From: Marsupella aquatica
Taxonomy: Eukaryota > Plantae > Marchantiophyta
Assembly (NCBI GenBank): GCA_973895155.1
Contig: OZ316894.1
Location: 8,456,234 to 8,520,233, forward strand
DNA length: 64,000 nucleotides
Direction of reading: 5' to 3'
The notes under the pieces are model-generated. The model was not told the origin of the DNA, searched no databases, and saw nothing but the letters and a program-made list of their open reading frames with translations. The position numbers and the translations under genes were made by a program. This document shows positions 23,475-36,500 of the stretch, piece after piece. Each line of letters starts with the position of its first letter. The stretch's first letter is position 1.

Positions 23475-25760
23475 ATGACTGACCTTACGCCGAGGGAAGA
23501 AAGAGTGATTCAACGGGAGAGAGCTCGACTACAGCAGCTCGCCGGGTGGCATGATACACAGCGACTGAGAGGGGCAGAAAGAGCTGGTAGCTCCGTAGCT
23601 AGAAGTGGCGTTGAAGAAGACATACCAGAAGAAGAGTCGATAGGAAGAAACGAGTACCCAACCGACATGGGGGAACCAGAGGCACGGCCAGACGAGAGGC
23701 CAGGGACCAGACTGAGCCAACGGTCACGCATTCATTACAAGGCATTTCATGGGAGAGGAGATGAGGATCCGGACGAATGGTTGGATGATTTCGAGGGAAC
23801 CGCTGCAGCAAATGGAGAATCGGCCATCAAGATGCAGATTCTTCCCGGCCTGTTCAAGGGTGAGGCTAGGCCTTGGTACAGAGCATTGGATGTGGAAGAT
23901 CAAGCCATCTGGGATATCTTCAAAACACTATTTGTTAAGGAGTTTCGACCCATTGGAACTTCAGAACTAGCAGTGCTGAAATTGGGACGACTTCGGTTCA
24001 AGGAGAACAAATCCTTTAGGAAGTTCTTGCAACGCTTTCAGAAACTGGTAAGACGTACAAAGACCAATGCATCTGAAGGTATGCAACTTCAATGGTTGGT
24101 GAATGCTTTGCCATAGAAGATGAGTTTTGCAATTAGGAAGGAGAACCCGGAGACCTTGGCCGAGGCAATTAAGGATATTCAATTATACATTAATGCAGAT
24201 ATCACAAGCCGGAAGAAACAGCTTAAGTCTGAGAGTTCCTCATCAGAGGAAGGATCACCCCATAAGAAAAAAGATAAGAAGAAGAAACATTCTAAGAAGT
24301 CAAGAAGTGATAACTCAAGCTCGGATAGTGGAAGTAGCAAGAGTGAGTCATCTTCTAGTTCTGAAGAAGAAAAAACTAGGAAAAGAAAGGCCAGAAGGAG
24401 AGGGAAGATGAAAGTGAAGCTGGAGGCTAAGCCACCAGATAACATCGTGGCCCTTACCGAGCAACTTAAGGCTATAATTGCAGAGGTAAAGCCGAAGAAG
24501 AAGGTAGTACAGGAGGATAGCTCTGTATGGTGTGTCTTATGTTATAAAACCGGACACCATAAAGATGCGTGTCCTAAGCTCAATACTAGTCATGTTCGGC
24601 ATGTGGCCGAGATCAGACCATGTCAGGGAGAAGTAGAGTACTTTCTAGGAGATGCCGCTGATAGTGTTTTCGGCATCAGTGAGACTGGAGCACGAGACCT
24701 ATCCAACAGACCTGCATCTCTGTGGTCAGGATTAAGGAACAACCCGGGAGAGATGTATCCTCGAATTATTCAGGACCCGTCGGTACCTCCTAGGCCGAAT
24801 GTGCAAAGATTTGTGGCATGCTATAATTGTGGTCAACCTGGCCATTTTGCTAGAGAATGCCCGAATGCACGCAAACAAGGTGATGGACAACCAGCTCAGC
24901 TATGTATGGGATGTAGACAGGAGGGTCACATGCTAGGACAATGTCCTACTTGGTTGGTAGGCCTGGCCGCAAATCATAAGCTCTTGCCAGTTAAGGTCTT
25001 ACCGCCAGATATTACCCCCGGAGGAGTTCAAATCAACCACATCGAACTAGGATGGCAAGAGGATGCCGAGGCAGAGTTCGTACCATTTGATGATGAGGCC
25101 GAAGCCCTATCAACCTTCTCAGAAGAGGATTTAGATCATGATTGCTACCGGGTCTCTACTCGATCTACCAGAAGGAAGGAAAGGTGGGATGGGCTAGCCA
25201 AAAATAAAGGGAAGGTTAAGGAGGAAAAGATCGACTCTTCGTCAACATCAACGGAAGGAGAAGGAAGGGCTCCGGCAATACAGGTAAGCCATGAGCCCAC
25301 CAGTGAACCCAATCCTTCACAAGATAGCAACTTCAATCGAGATCATCCTAAGTTGTTCTACCCCTCTGTTACGGCTAGTGTTAAGGAACAACTGCGAGAA
25401 TTAGAAACCCTGGAGAGTACTGAAGCCATAGCCAAGGATATGAAACGAGCAAAAGCATTGTTTGCTTCGGAGGATCCAACAGCTGTGGGGACTAGCGTGA
25501 AAAAACAGGCCGAATCCAAGATAGAGACACCACTGGAGAAACCGATAGTTCCCTATGACCTGGCTAAAGATGTACTAGAATCTAGAGTCTCGGCAACAGT
25601 AGGTCAACTACTGAAAAATAGCCCGTACTTCCGGAAGCAATTAAGGAAGGCTATTCTCGGCAAGCCGAGATTACCCAAGGTAGCAACCAAATCCGACGTG
25701 CTGATGATAGAAGAAGATCAAGGAGCCCCAGCTTTACCATTAATGATTCAAGGAAGCTTT
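23475..25760 (+). pseudogene. Gypsy gag (one in-frame stop, truncated)
   Basis: FHGRGDEDPDEWLDDFE, FKGEARPWY and three CCHC knuckles; homologous to the gag at 7684-9311. Confidence 0.9.
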
Positions 25761-25799
25761 ACCATAACTTTTATTTAGTTCAATTATTAAACACTTTGG

Positions 25800-26024
25800 A
25801 CTAACTTTAAGATTCTTTCTCAAGTACCTCAACAACCAAACAATTCAGATTGTGGTCTTTTTGTTCTTCAAAATATGGACGAAATCAGAATTCAATGGCA
25901 TATTACACAATGCCTTGATGCACAGTCTTTATTTACCGAAAAATGGTACAACTCTAAAAGAGCATGTAACCTTAGAAAATTCATTCGAGATCAAATTCTA
26001 AAATTGATGCATGTACCTGTTTAA
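25800..26024 (+). pseudogene. ULP1/C48 SUMO-protease C-terminal remnant
   Basis: Manual translation (not in the ORF track): SQVPQQPNNSDCGLFVLQNM...KWY...NLRKFIRDQILKL*, the catalytic Q/C motif of peptidase C48. Confidence 0.8.
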
Positions 26025-26035
26025 GGACATCAATC

Positions 26036-28826
26036 TCAATCCTCTGAAGGTGAAGAACCTCGCTCTAATATAGCAGACTCTATAATCTTTTTAGTTTTTG
26101 CTGTTATTTGATTAGTACTTAAAAGCGCAAAGTTGTATGCATACACCGCTGTTGATGATAAAACTAGTTCATCTTGGAGAAGTCGATTAGATATATTATC
26201 TTTCTCTGGAAAATATTTCCCATCAATAGCAGACTCAGCACTTGCCTCAGTTGTGTACCATGTGATTTTGATTCTCTCAGGAATGTCTGCAGTTCTTGTC
26301 AAAATCTTTGACACCTTTGCCATCCAAAACAACTTGCCTTCTGGATCCTTGTGTGCCTCTACACATATCATGGACCACTTATTGTTAACTTCCATATCTC
26401 TGAAATCTCCAAATTTAGCTTGCTTTCGTCGAGGTCCGGAGTACATAATTCTCTATGGTCCAGCAACTTTGTCAACCAAAGTTGGATCAACACCTTCTTC
26501 AACAAGTTCATATTTCACCCTTCGAAGTGTTGCACCTTGATTTTATTGCGGCCAAACCCACTCAAATAACCACTCACCTTCCTCTAGGTGGTTTTTGATA
26601 ATATCTTTTTGTTTCTAAAAAAAACTCATCCACCAAAGTTTGTCTTCATTGTCAAAGTAATTGAAAGCTTCCTGAATAGCTTTTTCATATTTCACCAGAG
26701 TAGTTAACGCACCATCTGTATTGGAAGAATCATGGACATCATCCCTCTCAACACCTTTTGCTGACTTTAGTGACATTTGTGCAGCAACCCACATTCTTGA
26801 AGTTGGAATGTAATTAACAAACGTCACTGCATCTCCCCAATCCTGGGTCGTGGAAAGATGTTTCCCGTGAAATGTTGTCTGTTCGTTTCCATCCTCCATG
26901 ACTCGTTTGAATCTGAATTGCCTTTGAAAAGTTATGAGAGATCTCTCAAGACTCTACCTGAGACTCCCTTCTCATTTGGCTGGTCGGTTTCATTGACAAA
27001 TTTTCAAAAATTGGCTACTTCATCCACAAATATGATCAAAGCTTCAGGGGAATATGCTCATCGAATAATATCCTCAAGAGTCTCCAAGCGAAATGCTTTG
27101 TGCTTGTTTAACCTAGATGAAAATTTACTAAACATCTGATCTATCTGGTCATGTGTATGACCGACCAACAAGAAACCCACTTTAATCTTGTCAAAAATCT
27201 TCAAATCTACTAACATGTGAAGATAAGCCATCAAGAATTTATTCTTGTTTTCCCTAGTGGTATTATCTAATTGAAGATATAACACTCTTGGTAATGTCTC
27301 ATCCCATGTATTCAATACATTTTGAATAACATGTATTAATGGTCAAGTTTGCATCATTATGGATATTGGGATATGTCAAAAATACTTTTGCTGCAAGGTT
27401 CCTGTTGAAGATGAGACAACCTACAACATGTATTGGAATGAAATATTTTTCATCCATATTCTTCGGACAACGAAGAAAATGTGGTAGCTCTGTTTTCTTT
27501 TGATCCATACCATCTATACAAATATCCAAATACTTGTTGGGTTCATCATAGCATTTTTTACGATGGCTAACTTCATCCTTTCCAATGATTGTACTTTTCG
27601 ATGCTCCATAAGGGCATTGATGTACTTTCTTGAAATGATACAATAACAATGAATCAAAAATCAATAACTAAGGATAAACTTTGACAAATATTGAAGTACA
27701 TCATGTCATCAAATTAAAGTTGAAGGTTGTAGTTAGTGGTGCTTACTTTTATCCTCTTCAATTGTTGCTTTGTCCCGAAGAGCCTTGAATTCAGTACAAG
27801 GACCACAAGTAGAAAATCGACTCCTTTTAGGTATTCGTACATTTGGAAACTTTTTTTTTCCAAACACGCAAAAAAATAAGAATATGTAACTTGTTGTTCT
27901 TCTCGCAACATTGTTTCAGCTTCAAAGATTCCATGTATCTCTTGCTTTGTCCAATTGTCTGGCAAGTGATGAATCTCTTTATGGGGAAGACTATCCATAT
28001 TTTTTTGGAAAAAATATTTCAACCATTCCACCAGGTTTAAAAATGAAGGTGAGTCTTCCTTACAAAAGGTATCTTGTTCAATCCTTGTAAACATGTTTGC
28101 ATGGATTGTTGTCAATCTATTATTACCTAAAGAATATAGTTTCTTGAATCCTCCTCTACATATAGGTTGTCCATTTACACTATATCCACGAGAAGTACTA
28201 CTACTGTTCATGATACAACCTCGTAGCAAAATATTTTTCTGCAAGTGTTTAAGACCAAAATAATACTTGCATTGTTTTGAGCATTCCTCTAGACCCAGAG
28301 ACCTCAAACAAAACTTGTCACAACAGGGATACTTAAAAATATCTTTAATTTTGCATTTTCTTAGATTTGCAATGGTAAGTCTATCTTTTCTAATCATCTG
28401 ATCTCTGATTTTTTTGCTGGGTCTTGTCACCTCTACTCTATCCTAAATAGTGTCGGGAGAACTTACCCCCTCACTATTTTCTAGTGAATTAGAATTCAAA
28501 ACAAAAAGATCTTCTGTAGAGTTGTTTCCACTCTCCACATTTTCTATAACTGTTTCATGAACAATCTCACATCCCAGGATCTCTTCCACAACATTTGAGA
28601 TTATAGCAGTCTCTCTGTCATTTGCAGCCACCTCTGATCTCTCTTCAGAGTCTTCTGAAAATGTAATAGGTGTTCGGAGATTTCTAGTTTGAAATCTTCT
28701 AATGATATTCACATCTTCAGTCGCAGTACCGCCCACTTGTCTCTGAGACTGTAATCCCAGCCTAGGTGATTCTTCTCGACTTGAGGGCTCATCTTGACCA
28801 TTGAATAATCTTTGGACAAGTTTCAA
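26036..28826 (-). pseudogene. Sola-like (DUF7869-type) DDD transposase of element A, fragmented
   Basis: CCDKFCL, ICRGGF; CIDGMDQKKT (D1), LYLQLDNTTRENKN (D2), FLLVGHTHDQIDQMFS (D3). Confidence 0.82.
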
Positions 28827-29029
28827 TTTAGCATGTACCCTTGAATTTTTGGGCCCTCTCTCCGGCAGCTCACTTCACAACAATCTCCGAGGAATTTTTT
28901 GGACACTAGATATCTTCCCTCTTCGTTCTGCACTTGCGGTCCAATGGAAGATCCAAAAACCTCACACTGCATCCTCGCCAAAGGGCTTCGAAGCCCAATG
29001 TTGTTAGTTTGACCATTCGGTGAAATAAC

Positions 29030-29410
29030 AGATGGGAATACCGGTTGGGATTCATGGATCCCAACTCGTATTTGTCCTTCGGGACTTCGAAGTGAAAACT
29101 TTCCCACTTGCTATTCTGCGTCATGACTTGGCAATTTTCCATTGCGCAATACAAACTTGGATCCACGTATCCCATTTCGCATTCCACCATCAAAACTCGG
29201 GTTGGAAGTCCGCAAGACCGGTGACTCGGGCACAGGATTCTGCAAAATACCACGAGGGAATACTAAGTGGGATCCATGGATCCCACTTCGTATTTGACCC
29301 ATGGAATTTGGTATTGAAGGAGACAAAATAGGCAATTCGCGTTCACCGTTTCTCAACATTCAAGTAGGGAATACCAAGTGGGATCCCACTTGGTATTCGA
29401 CCCACCATAT
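29030..29410. repeat. Variant palindrome array (GGGATCCATGGATCCC-type, ~111-bp spacing)
   Basis: Cores at ~29047, 29158, 29269, 29380; more copies at ~30274, 30345, 30434. Confidence 0.8.
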
Positions 29411-29471
29411 TTGGCTCCGAGGCTGCCCCTCCCTGCAATTCCGGCACATTTGGACTCCTCATTCGCTCAAA

Positions 29472-29912
29472 CTATGATTGAACACTGGACACAGCTATCT
29501 TCACTCCCGGAGAATGAGACATTGGAAAAACCAACGGAGATCTTCGGGCGGGCCTACATGGTAACGTTGTTCTTGGCATTAAAAACCGGGGCCTTCGTCT
29601 TCGAAGATCTGTCGGGGTTCGCGGAGAACCAGGTATCTCTGTCGTAGGAACTACATTAGGCTTCTTTACAAGTAGACGTCGTTTAAGAGGTTTACTTGGA
29701 GAGACATAGTATGAAATCGGAGCACCCACAACACTCCTACAAGACTCTAAATCGGACTCTGATTTCTCAGATTCTGAGGAAAATGAAATCTCTGGCACTA
29801 CTCTCTGTGAGGCTGGTAATTCATTCATCAAACGAGATGGAATAAATTTTTGAACAACATCTGGCGAAGATGCATCTGAACTGTAAATTGATTCATCAAT
29901 TGAAGACGCCAT
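29472..29912 (-). CDS. Ser-rich ORF, probable first coding exon of the transposase unit
   Basis: ATG downstream of a minus-strand CTATAAAAG (~30064-30072); exon end uncertain. Confidence 0.45.
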   Translation of the reverse strand: MASSIDESIYSSDASSPDVVQKFIPSRLMNELPASQRVVPEISFSSESEKSESDLESCRSVVGAPISYYVSPSKPLKRRLLVKKPNVVPTTEIPGSPRTPTDLRRRRPRFLMPRTTLPCRPARRSPLVFPMSHSPGVKIAVSSVQS

Positions 29913-31000
29913 AGAGAATCAAACAAGGGTTGTATAGGAGTACGTATTCCTATCCAACAGAGATACTTCAGATTACAGTATTCTATGAAAACAACTACTC
30001 AATAGTGAACAAACCTCAAAGTAATCACGAGAAATGAAGATGAAAAACAAATGCGAGCTCTTCCTTTTATAGTTTTCGGGGGCATTGTACATGTGGCATT
30101 CCCTGATTGGTCCGTACGAGGGTTTTTTCAAGTGAGAGTCTATCTTTTCCAGGACTGCTGAAATTTAAATTGTAGATTATTGAGGAAGTCGCCGTGGATC
30201 CGAGTTGGTCTTCAAACTGGAATATCAAGGTATGCGATGCAAAACTTCAAAATGTAGAGGTTGAATACTAGATGGGATCCATGGATCCCATTTGGTATTC
30301 ATCCTCCTGTTTTCCCGATGAGTTTTTGGACTTGCGAAAAAAATGGGATCCATGGATCTCAGTTGGTATTCATGTCGAAAGATCTCCTGATACAAAGTTG
30401 CAGGTGGAAAACATTGAGGTTGAATACGAGAGTGGATACTTGGATCCTGTCTCGTATTCATCATGCGCTATGGGCTAAAAAAATTCCGAACATGTCGTCG
30501 GGTTAACTTAACTAACTGTGTGGGTCGACTATAGTCTGCGGTTAGTTTTTTGCAGTTTTCCGGTTTACCGCAGTTAAAAATTCAAATATTTTTAACCCGA
30601 GGTTAAATGGAAGCATCAAGAGAATGATTTGGTGTGGTTTTCGTCCACGTTCAATAGTTGAATCCGAAATGGGATACGCTGTATCCCAATTTTAGTTTGC
30701 CATTTTGAAGGCAAAAATGAAATCTTGTGTTTTCTTCATTTTGTTTGACTCTCGGATTTAGCTTTTAGAGGATCACGTGAAAAGCATTGTTTTTCTAGGT
30801 TTTGGAATTTGCCCTTTTTTTAGATGAAGTGTATCAGAATTCTGGATTGTAACAATTCTTTGTTTTTGTGTCGACAGTATCTCGATTTGAAATCCGATGT
30901 TGGATGCGATTTTGGATTCATCCTCAAAATAGCATTTTCGATCTTAATTTTAGTGTTTTTTTGCCATTTTTTGCGAAATTGAAAACACACTTCTCGTTTG

Positions 31001-31035
31001 GTGGTCATACTTCTCATTTGGTCCGTCATTGTGTT
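31001..31035 (-). repeat. Right TIR of element A
   Basis: Reverse complement AACACAATGACGGACCAAATGAGAAGTATGACCAC, followed by CCTC. Confidence 0.9.
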
Positions 31036-32227
31036 CCTCTTGTCGCAACATTTACCAGCGCACAGTACAACCTAAACCCAAGACATTGTCCTCAGCATGT
31101 CTGAACATCCTCAGCATCACTCTCGATGATCCTCTCCTCTCAATGCAGTGTAGCACAGCTTTGATTCCAATCAACCACAATCTATCAACATTGGGTGCAA
31201 TGGCTCCCTAACTTGTTTCCAGGGAAATCATGAGCCTCGCCTCGCCTCCCATCAGCGATGCAGTGGGGTCCAGATAATGGGTACGCTTCGCCTCCCATGA
31301 GTGATGCAATGGGGTCCAAATAATGGGTACACAATAAGTTCTCCCTACCCTCACACCAACGTAGAGTTTTTCTGTTCTATAATCGGGTAAGGTGTCAGGC
31401 ATGTGCAGTGCCAGCAAAGTCATACTAAACCCGGTCCCTCATAGGTTTGAGGTCCCACCAAGTCATTTTGGACTTTTTGGGACTTGTTAAGTCGGTAGCT
31501 TTCAAGCGAGACCCCACCAAGCAAATGCCTCGGATTCAACTTAGTTTGGGTTTCTTGAGTTTGATTTAGTCAGCCTAGTTAAAGTAGGCTAAAGGTAAGT
31601 TTGGCTTAAGACAAAGGTAGAGTATCATTCTATTTTCTCTCATGATTTGGAACACAATTTGAGCTCAAACTTTAGCTCTAGATTTCCTTTATCTCATAGC
31701 AAATTTTCAGCCTATTTGGTTTAAAGAGGGACAAAATGAAAAGCACCAAATCATAGTATTCATTAAAACTAGAAATTTAAAAGTCCAGATTGTGATCCTC
31801 AAATTTACATTCTTGTCTCTAAAAAGTCCATTAATTTTGCTCCAAATAAACAATTTTGCAAGACTAAATATACACTCTTTTTGGTTTAAAATTACACTTT
31901 TGCGCTCCAAAATTTGATTTTAATCAATTAATCATAATACAGAAAATATTGATATTAATTATATTTGAAATTAAATAGATAAGTGACACACATGTATCAT
32001 TTGGTCAAAACTCATGATTAAATTCAAAGTGAGATTAATCATCTCATTTATCATAACATATATTCAAGGTTGGCTAGCCATAATGTCGATCCTACTCCAA
32101 TGGTCAAGCTAGTATAAAGTCCAATGTAGTTCTATGACCTGTGAAATAGAAAAATGATTGCATGACTCCAATCTTGTGTCCTACAATGTACAGAAACATA
32201 ATGATTAATCATCTAAAATTTCAAATT

Positions 32228-33232
32228 CTATGCCTCCATGAATATGTCTACATGACTGATTTGAACAAGTGAGTCGCTCTCCATTTGGGTCATATAGTCT
32301 GTCACGAGTGCAATGTCTTTGGGATAACGGTTTTTAAACTTAGAGGTGAGATCCCTAGTCTTTAGAACTTCCCAGACAAATCGACGAGGGACCTGCATAA
32401 GACTCGCCCAAACAATTGTTGACCACAACTTTCATATCATCTTCGGTCAGGTTCTCAAATGTAGGGTAGGATTGTACCATATCCCTCACTTCCCAACATA
32501 TCTCATCTCCAGTGACATCCAAGATGGTATACTCAATCTTGGAACGCCAAATCTTACTTCCCCACTTATGGGAAAGTAAAGCATAGATTGCAGCATTACT
32601 TTCACGGTCATCATTTATATTAACAAATGACCAAAGTGGATTGTTGACAAATATATATTGTCGGATGTCATAAGCCTTCCACAATTTTCTAAGGAATGGC
32701 CAAAGTATCTCTGGTAGAAAAGTGTCACTCTCGGCAATGTGTGAGAAGGGAGTTGGGAACAAACCACTATACTATGGATTTGCAAAAGCCTTCACTGGAG
32801 AGTCATCAATAAGTAGAGTGTTTGTATCATCATACTTGTCTCCAAAACGACTCCACACCACACGCATATTTGCTTTCCCATCTGCTACGTCCGGTCTTTT
32901 TATGCCAATATCAAAAGCATCTTCTTGTGTGAAAACAAATTTAAATTGCCTCCGCTCCTCTTCTTTGAAAATCAAATTCATCATTTCATTAGTTCTTGGC
33001 CTCCCCGCACAAGTCCACAATGCGACATCAAAACCTTTGAAAGCCACCTCCAAAAATTGGTGCAACCCTGGCCTTTCCACGTACATGAAATTGAATCCAC
33101 CCCGTCTCCCCCAATGCACACCCACATAGTTGTTGTAGATCTTAACGGTCCCGAGATTTTTGTTTTGACGCAATCCCAACAAATTTTGTTCAGGTCCAAA
33201 ATCAAGAGTTTTCTTCTTATATCAGAGTGCAA
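32228..33232 (-). pseudogene. FCP1/NIF-like HAD phosphatase domain (frameshifted)
   Basis: RKLLILDLN; RPGLHQFLE..F..FDVALWT; FVFTQE; NTLLIDDSPVKA..NP..FP.PF. Confidence 0.82.
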
Positions 33233-33558
33233 TTTAGGAGTGAAATCTGCAAAGATCCAAATGAATCAAAATTATATCTAAAAGCTAATAAAGAAGAACT
33301 TAGGATCAAACCTGGATCGACCCGACCTAATGGGGAAAACAAACATATCATTTTTGAATGTCAAAGCATTTTGATATATCAATGTAGAAGTACCTTGCTC
33401 AAATGTTTTGTCTTGGACCAGGGTACCGCTTGCTGAAGGTAGACCAATAATATCCTTCAATGGAAGAGATGCTATGACAAAACTTTGGTCTGTCCTATAT
33501 GATTTCCAAACATAATATTTTAGATTATTGTGAAAAATAGAAGAACGAAACCATAGTA

Positions 33559-36500
33559 TTAACCTCCACTACTAAATGACCCATATTCATCTATCATTTT
33601 ATCACCTAGATCACTTTGGATATCAGAATTGACGCCAATAGGAAGCTGCTCCACCAACGTTGGCGGCGCAAACACTGGACTCAATCTCAATTTGTCTATT
33701 ATGTAATCAGGTTTGACCATTAACTTAGGCGCATCCTCCAATGTTTCTTTCAATCCAACTTTAGGTCCATTTCCCCAAATGAAATGAGTTGCATGACGAA
33801 CTGTCTTCATATATCCTGTTCTACCTATCTCAGAACCAGACTTTTGAGACAAGCGTAATATTATGGGGCTTCCGCTTGACATCCTTGTGAAGACCAATTT
33901 ATTTCCTGACGAACAAAATTGAGGAGACTCAGAACAAGTTGAAGCACCTGCCTCTTCAGCTTCAACATTTGTTGTCTCTCCAAGTGGAAGGTTGTCTTCA
34001 ATCGCTTGTGCAATACCAACTTGTGGGTCCGTGGTGGGTGTAGTGGCCCCAATATTCTGCCAACCTGCATCCAATGTGGACGATACCTGCGGTCTCTCGG
34101 GATGCAATTTTGATACTTCAGGGTTGAGAGGATTTGTTGGAGGGTCGCCCTCAGGGCGACCCGACATCACTACGTCAAGTTGAGGTAGCCCTTCAACACC
34201 GTAGGTAGTAATGCCAACCATTTCTGTTGCTCGAGCATCCCAATTTCCGCCAAAATCCTCCTCTACCATAGGACTTGAACCTCCATCATCATCCTGCAAC
34301 TCACCATCCTCAAGGTCAACTCGCTGAGGGCCCAGTTGGGGGTTGTCCATAGGCCCGCAAAGAACACTTAGATGAGCTCTACTAGGACCATGTACTCCCA
34401 TCTGCTCTTTCATAAGGGAGGGAATCCTGTTGCACAAAACCCTTGCATATATGCTTGGGTGAAATGGTGTTCTTGCAAAGTGTCTGAATAGACAAAACAA
34501 TCTCGGTATGCCAACAAGGCCACCTTCAAAACCTGTCCTCCTGAAAAAAAATTGAGGACAATCTCCCCCTCACCGGAAAACATTCAATAATATTTTTGAG
34601 CATGTGTCGGGGTTTGGCATGCGGATTGACAAATCCTCCTCGACTTCTGACCATCTCAAACATTGGAGCTTGCCACAATAAATCTGCCATATCAAATGCT
34701 TTTCTCTTGCTTGTCAGCCTTCACTTCAATATTGAAATCACAGTCTACATCAGGGTGAAAACTAAATTTTGAATTAAACTCCGACTTAAACAATTGATTC
34801 CAATCAAAATTGTCTTCACCTGTAATTCCAGCAAAAATAACTTGCTCAATAGCTCCTGTAAAAATTAAACCCTGCGGATTTGGGGGATCTTCCCGATCAT
34901 AACTCCCGTATTCGACATGGATGGCCAAACGCTTTTCATGTCCTAATTTCCTTAGGGCACTCAAGATGTTGGCTGGAAGTGGCCCTGGATGAGTAGTCAT
35001 GACAACTACAATGGTTGTATTCCTTGGCAACTTCACAATATATTGGAGCAATACAAAAATTTCTGAATCTGTCCATTCATGTTGTTGTGCCCTACTAAAA
35101 TCAACAATTGCAAGTGGACACATTGGCGTCGCCTCTTCCAATAACTCTGGCGTGGTTGTCTTCATTAGATTCTCACTGAAGAATGTCAAGAAAGGCTCTG
35201 TTTGTGTGCGCCCAACTCCACCAAATTGTTTGCAGTACAACCCGTCTAATCTCACCATTAGACTTTGAGGGAAAGTCTCCTTCACAATGTTCTTCCTTAA
35301 TAAACTGCTAAGGTAGACCTCCCCAGTTGCTCTTCGCAATTTTGTCATCTCAAGTTGAGATCCCAAGGCCGGCATGATGTTGACCACCGAAGCCCACGAT
35401 GTCCCCCCGGGAAACTTCTCCTTGTGCTTCTCAACAAAGTACTCAACAATGACTTGCTTCAATTTAGTCATTACCTTGATGGTATGAGCCATATCTGGCA
35501 TTGACACCAGATCCATCTTGTTGGAGGCATATTTCTTGAGAAGTGCTTTCTTCTCATAAACCGCGGTCAATATATCAATGATATCCTTAGGACTGATCTC
35601 CCCTTCAAAACATCTAAAAAGAGTTGGCGTGACCAACTTTAGTGGCTGTGGCCCACAATACTCTCCTGCGCCGTTAGGGAGCTTCCCTACCAACCAATCC
35701 CAACAAACTGTTTGCCATAAATGGAAAAGATTATCCTCAGCAAAGAGCAACCAAAAAATGGCTTTCATCATTGATTTTGCTATCTCTAAGGCATGAGCCT
35801 GGTTGAACATCCGATACACAAAAACTGCAGAAGGTGGGAGAATACATTTAACCGGGATTTCAAAAACCTCCCTGATTCCAAAAGTGTAGTATTGCGATGT
35901 TCCGCAAAGCTTTCTGCCCCTCCAATACATCTCGTTCCTCTGGTGCATCTATTGGGCATGTATCATCCTCCAGATCCAAGACCAACCTTGCTTTTGACGC
36001 TGACATGGGCTTTGATTTTCCAATCTTGGCCTTCTTCTTGGGCTTCTTGGCGGAGTCCTTATCTTTCTCCTTCAACACCGCCTTTTCTCCTCTAGTACTT
36101 CCTTCACTCCTTGGCTGTCTTTGCTTTCTCTTCTTCTGTGTTTCAGCCGGCGTCATTTCTTTGGCCTTCATCTTCATCTTCCCCTTACCTCAATGCTTTT
36201 CTTCCTTCTTCTTTTGAGTTGAAATCCACTTCATGCAAGCATCTTTGTCAAACTCGTCAGAGAAAATAAAACTCTTATCAATTGCTTGCTCATATGAAAA
36301 GCGTGTTGTTTCAATCATCCGCTGGACAACCCATGTGTTAGGAAGATTTGTAAGGTCCGGATGATCATGCATGTACCTCTTCACAGAGAGGAATCCAAAG
36401 ACAACATCAACCCCATTCAATTTGAATTTTCCATGCCTCTCAAGAACATCCTCTGCAGTGAACCCATCTGGAAGAAATCCCATTGAACAAATACTAGCCT

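Larger units (their letters stand above)
18744..25760 (+). mobile_element. Nested Gypsy element 2, 3'-truncated: LTR-like segment, PBS, gag
   Basis: Starts TGTGATGC exactly where MTase similarity ends; ends GCACCACA at 23405 (imperfect inverted termini); PBS and gag follow; breaks off just before the protease. Confidence 0.85.
10823..31035. mobile_element. Giant (~20.2 kb including nested insert) Sola-like TIR DNA transposon with cargo genes (element A)
   Basis: 35-bp TIRs (32/35 identical), a 4-bp TSD CCTC at 10819-10822 and 31036-31039, and an internal DDD transposase. Confidence 0.88.
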
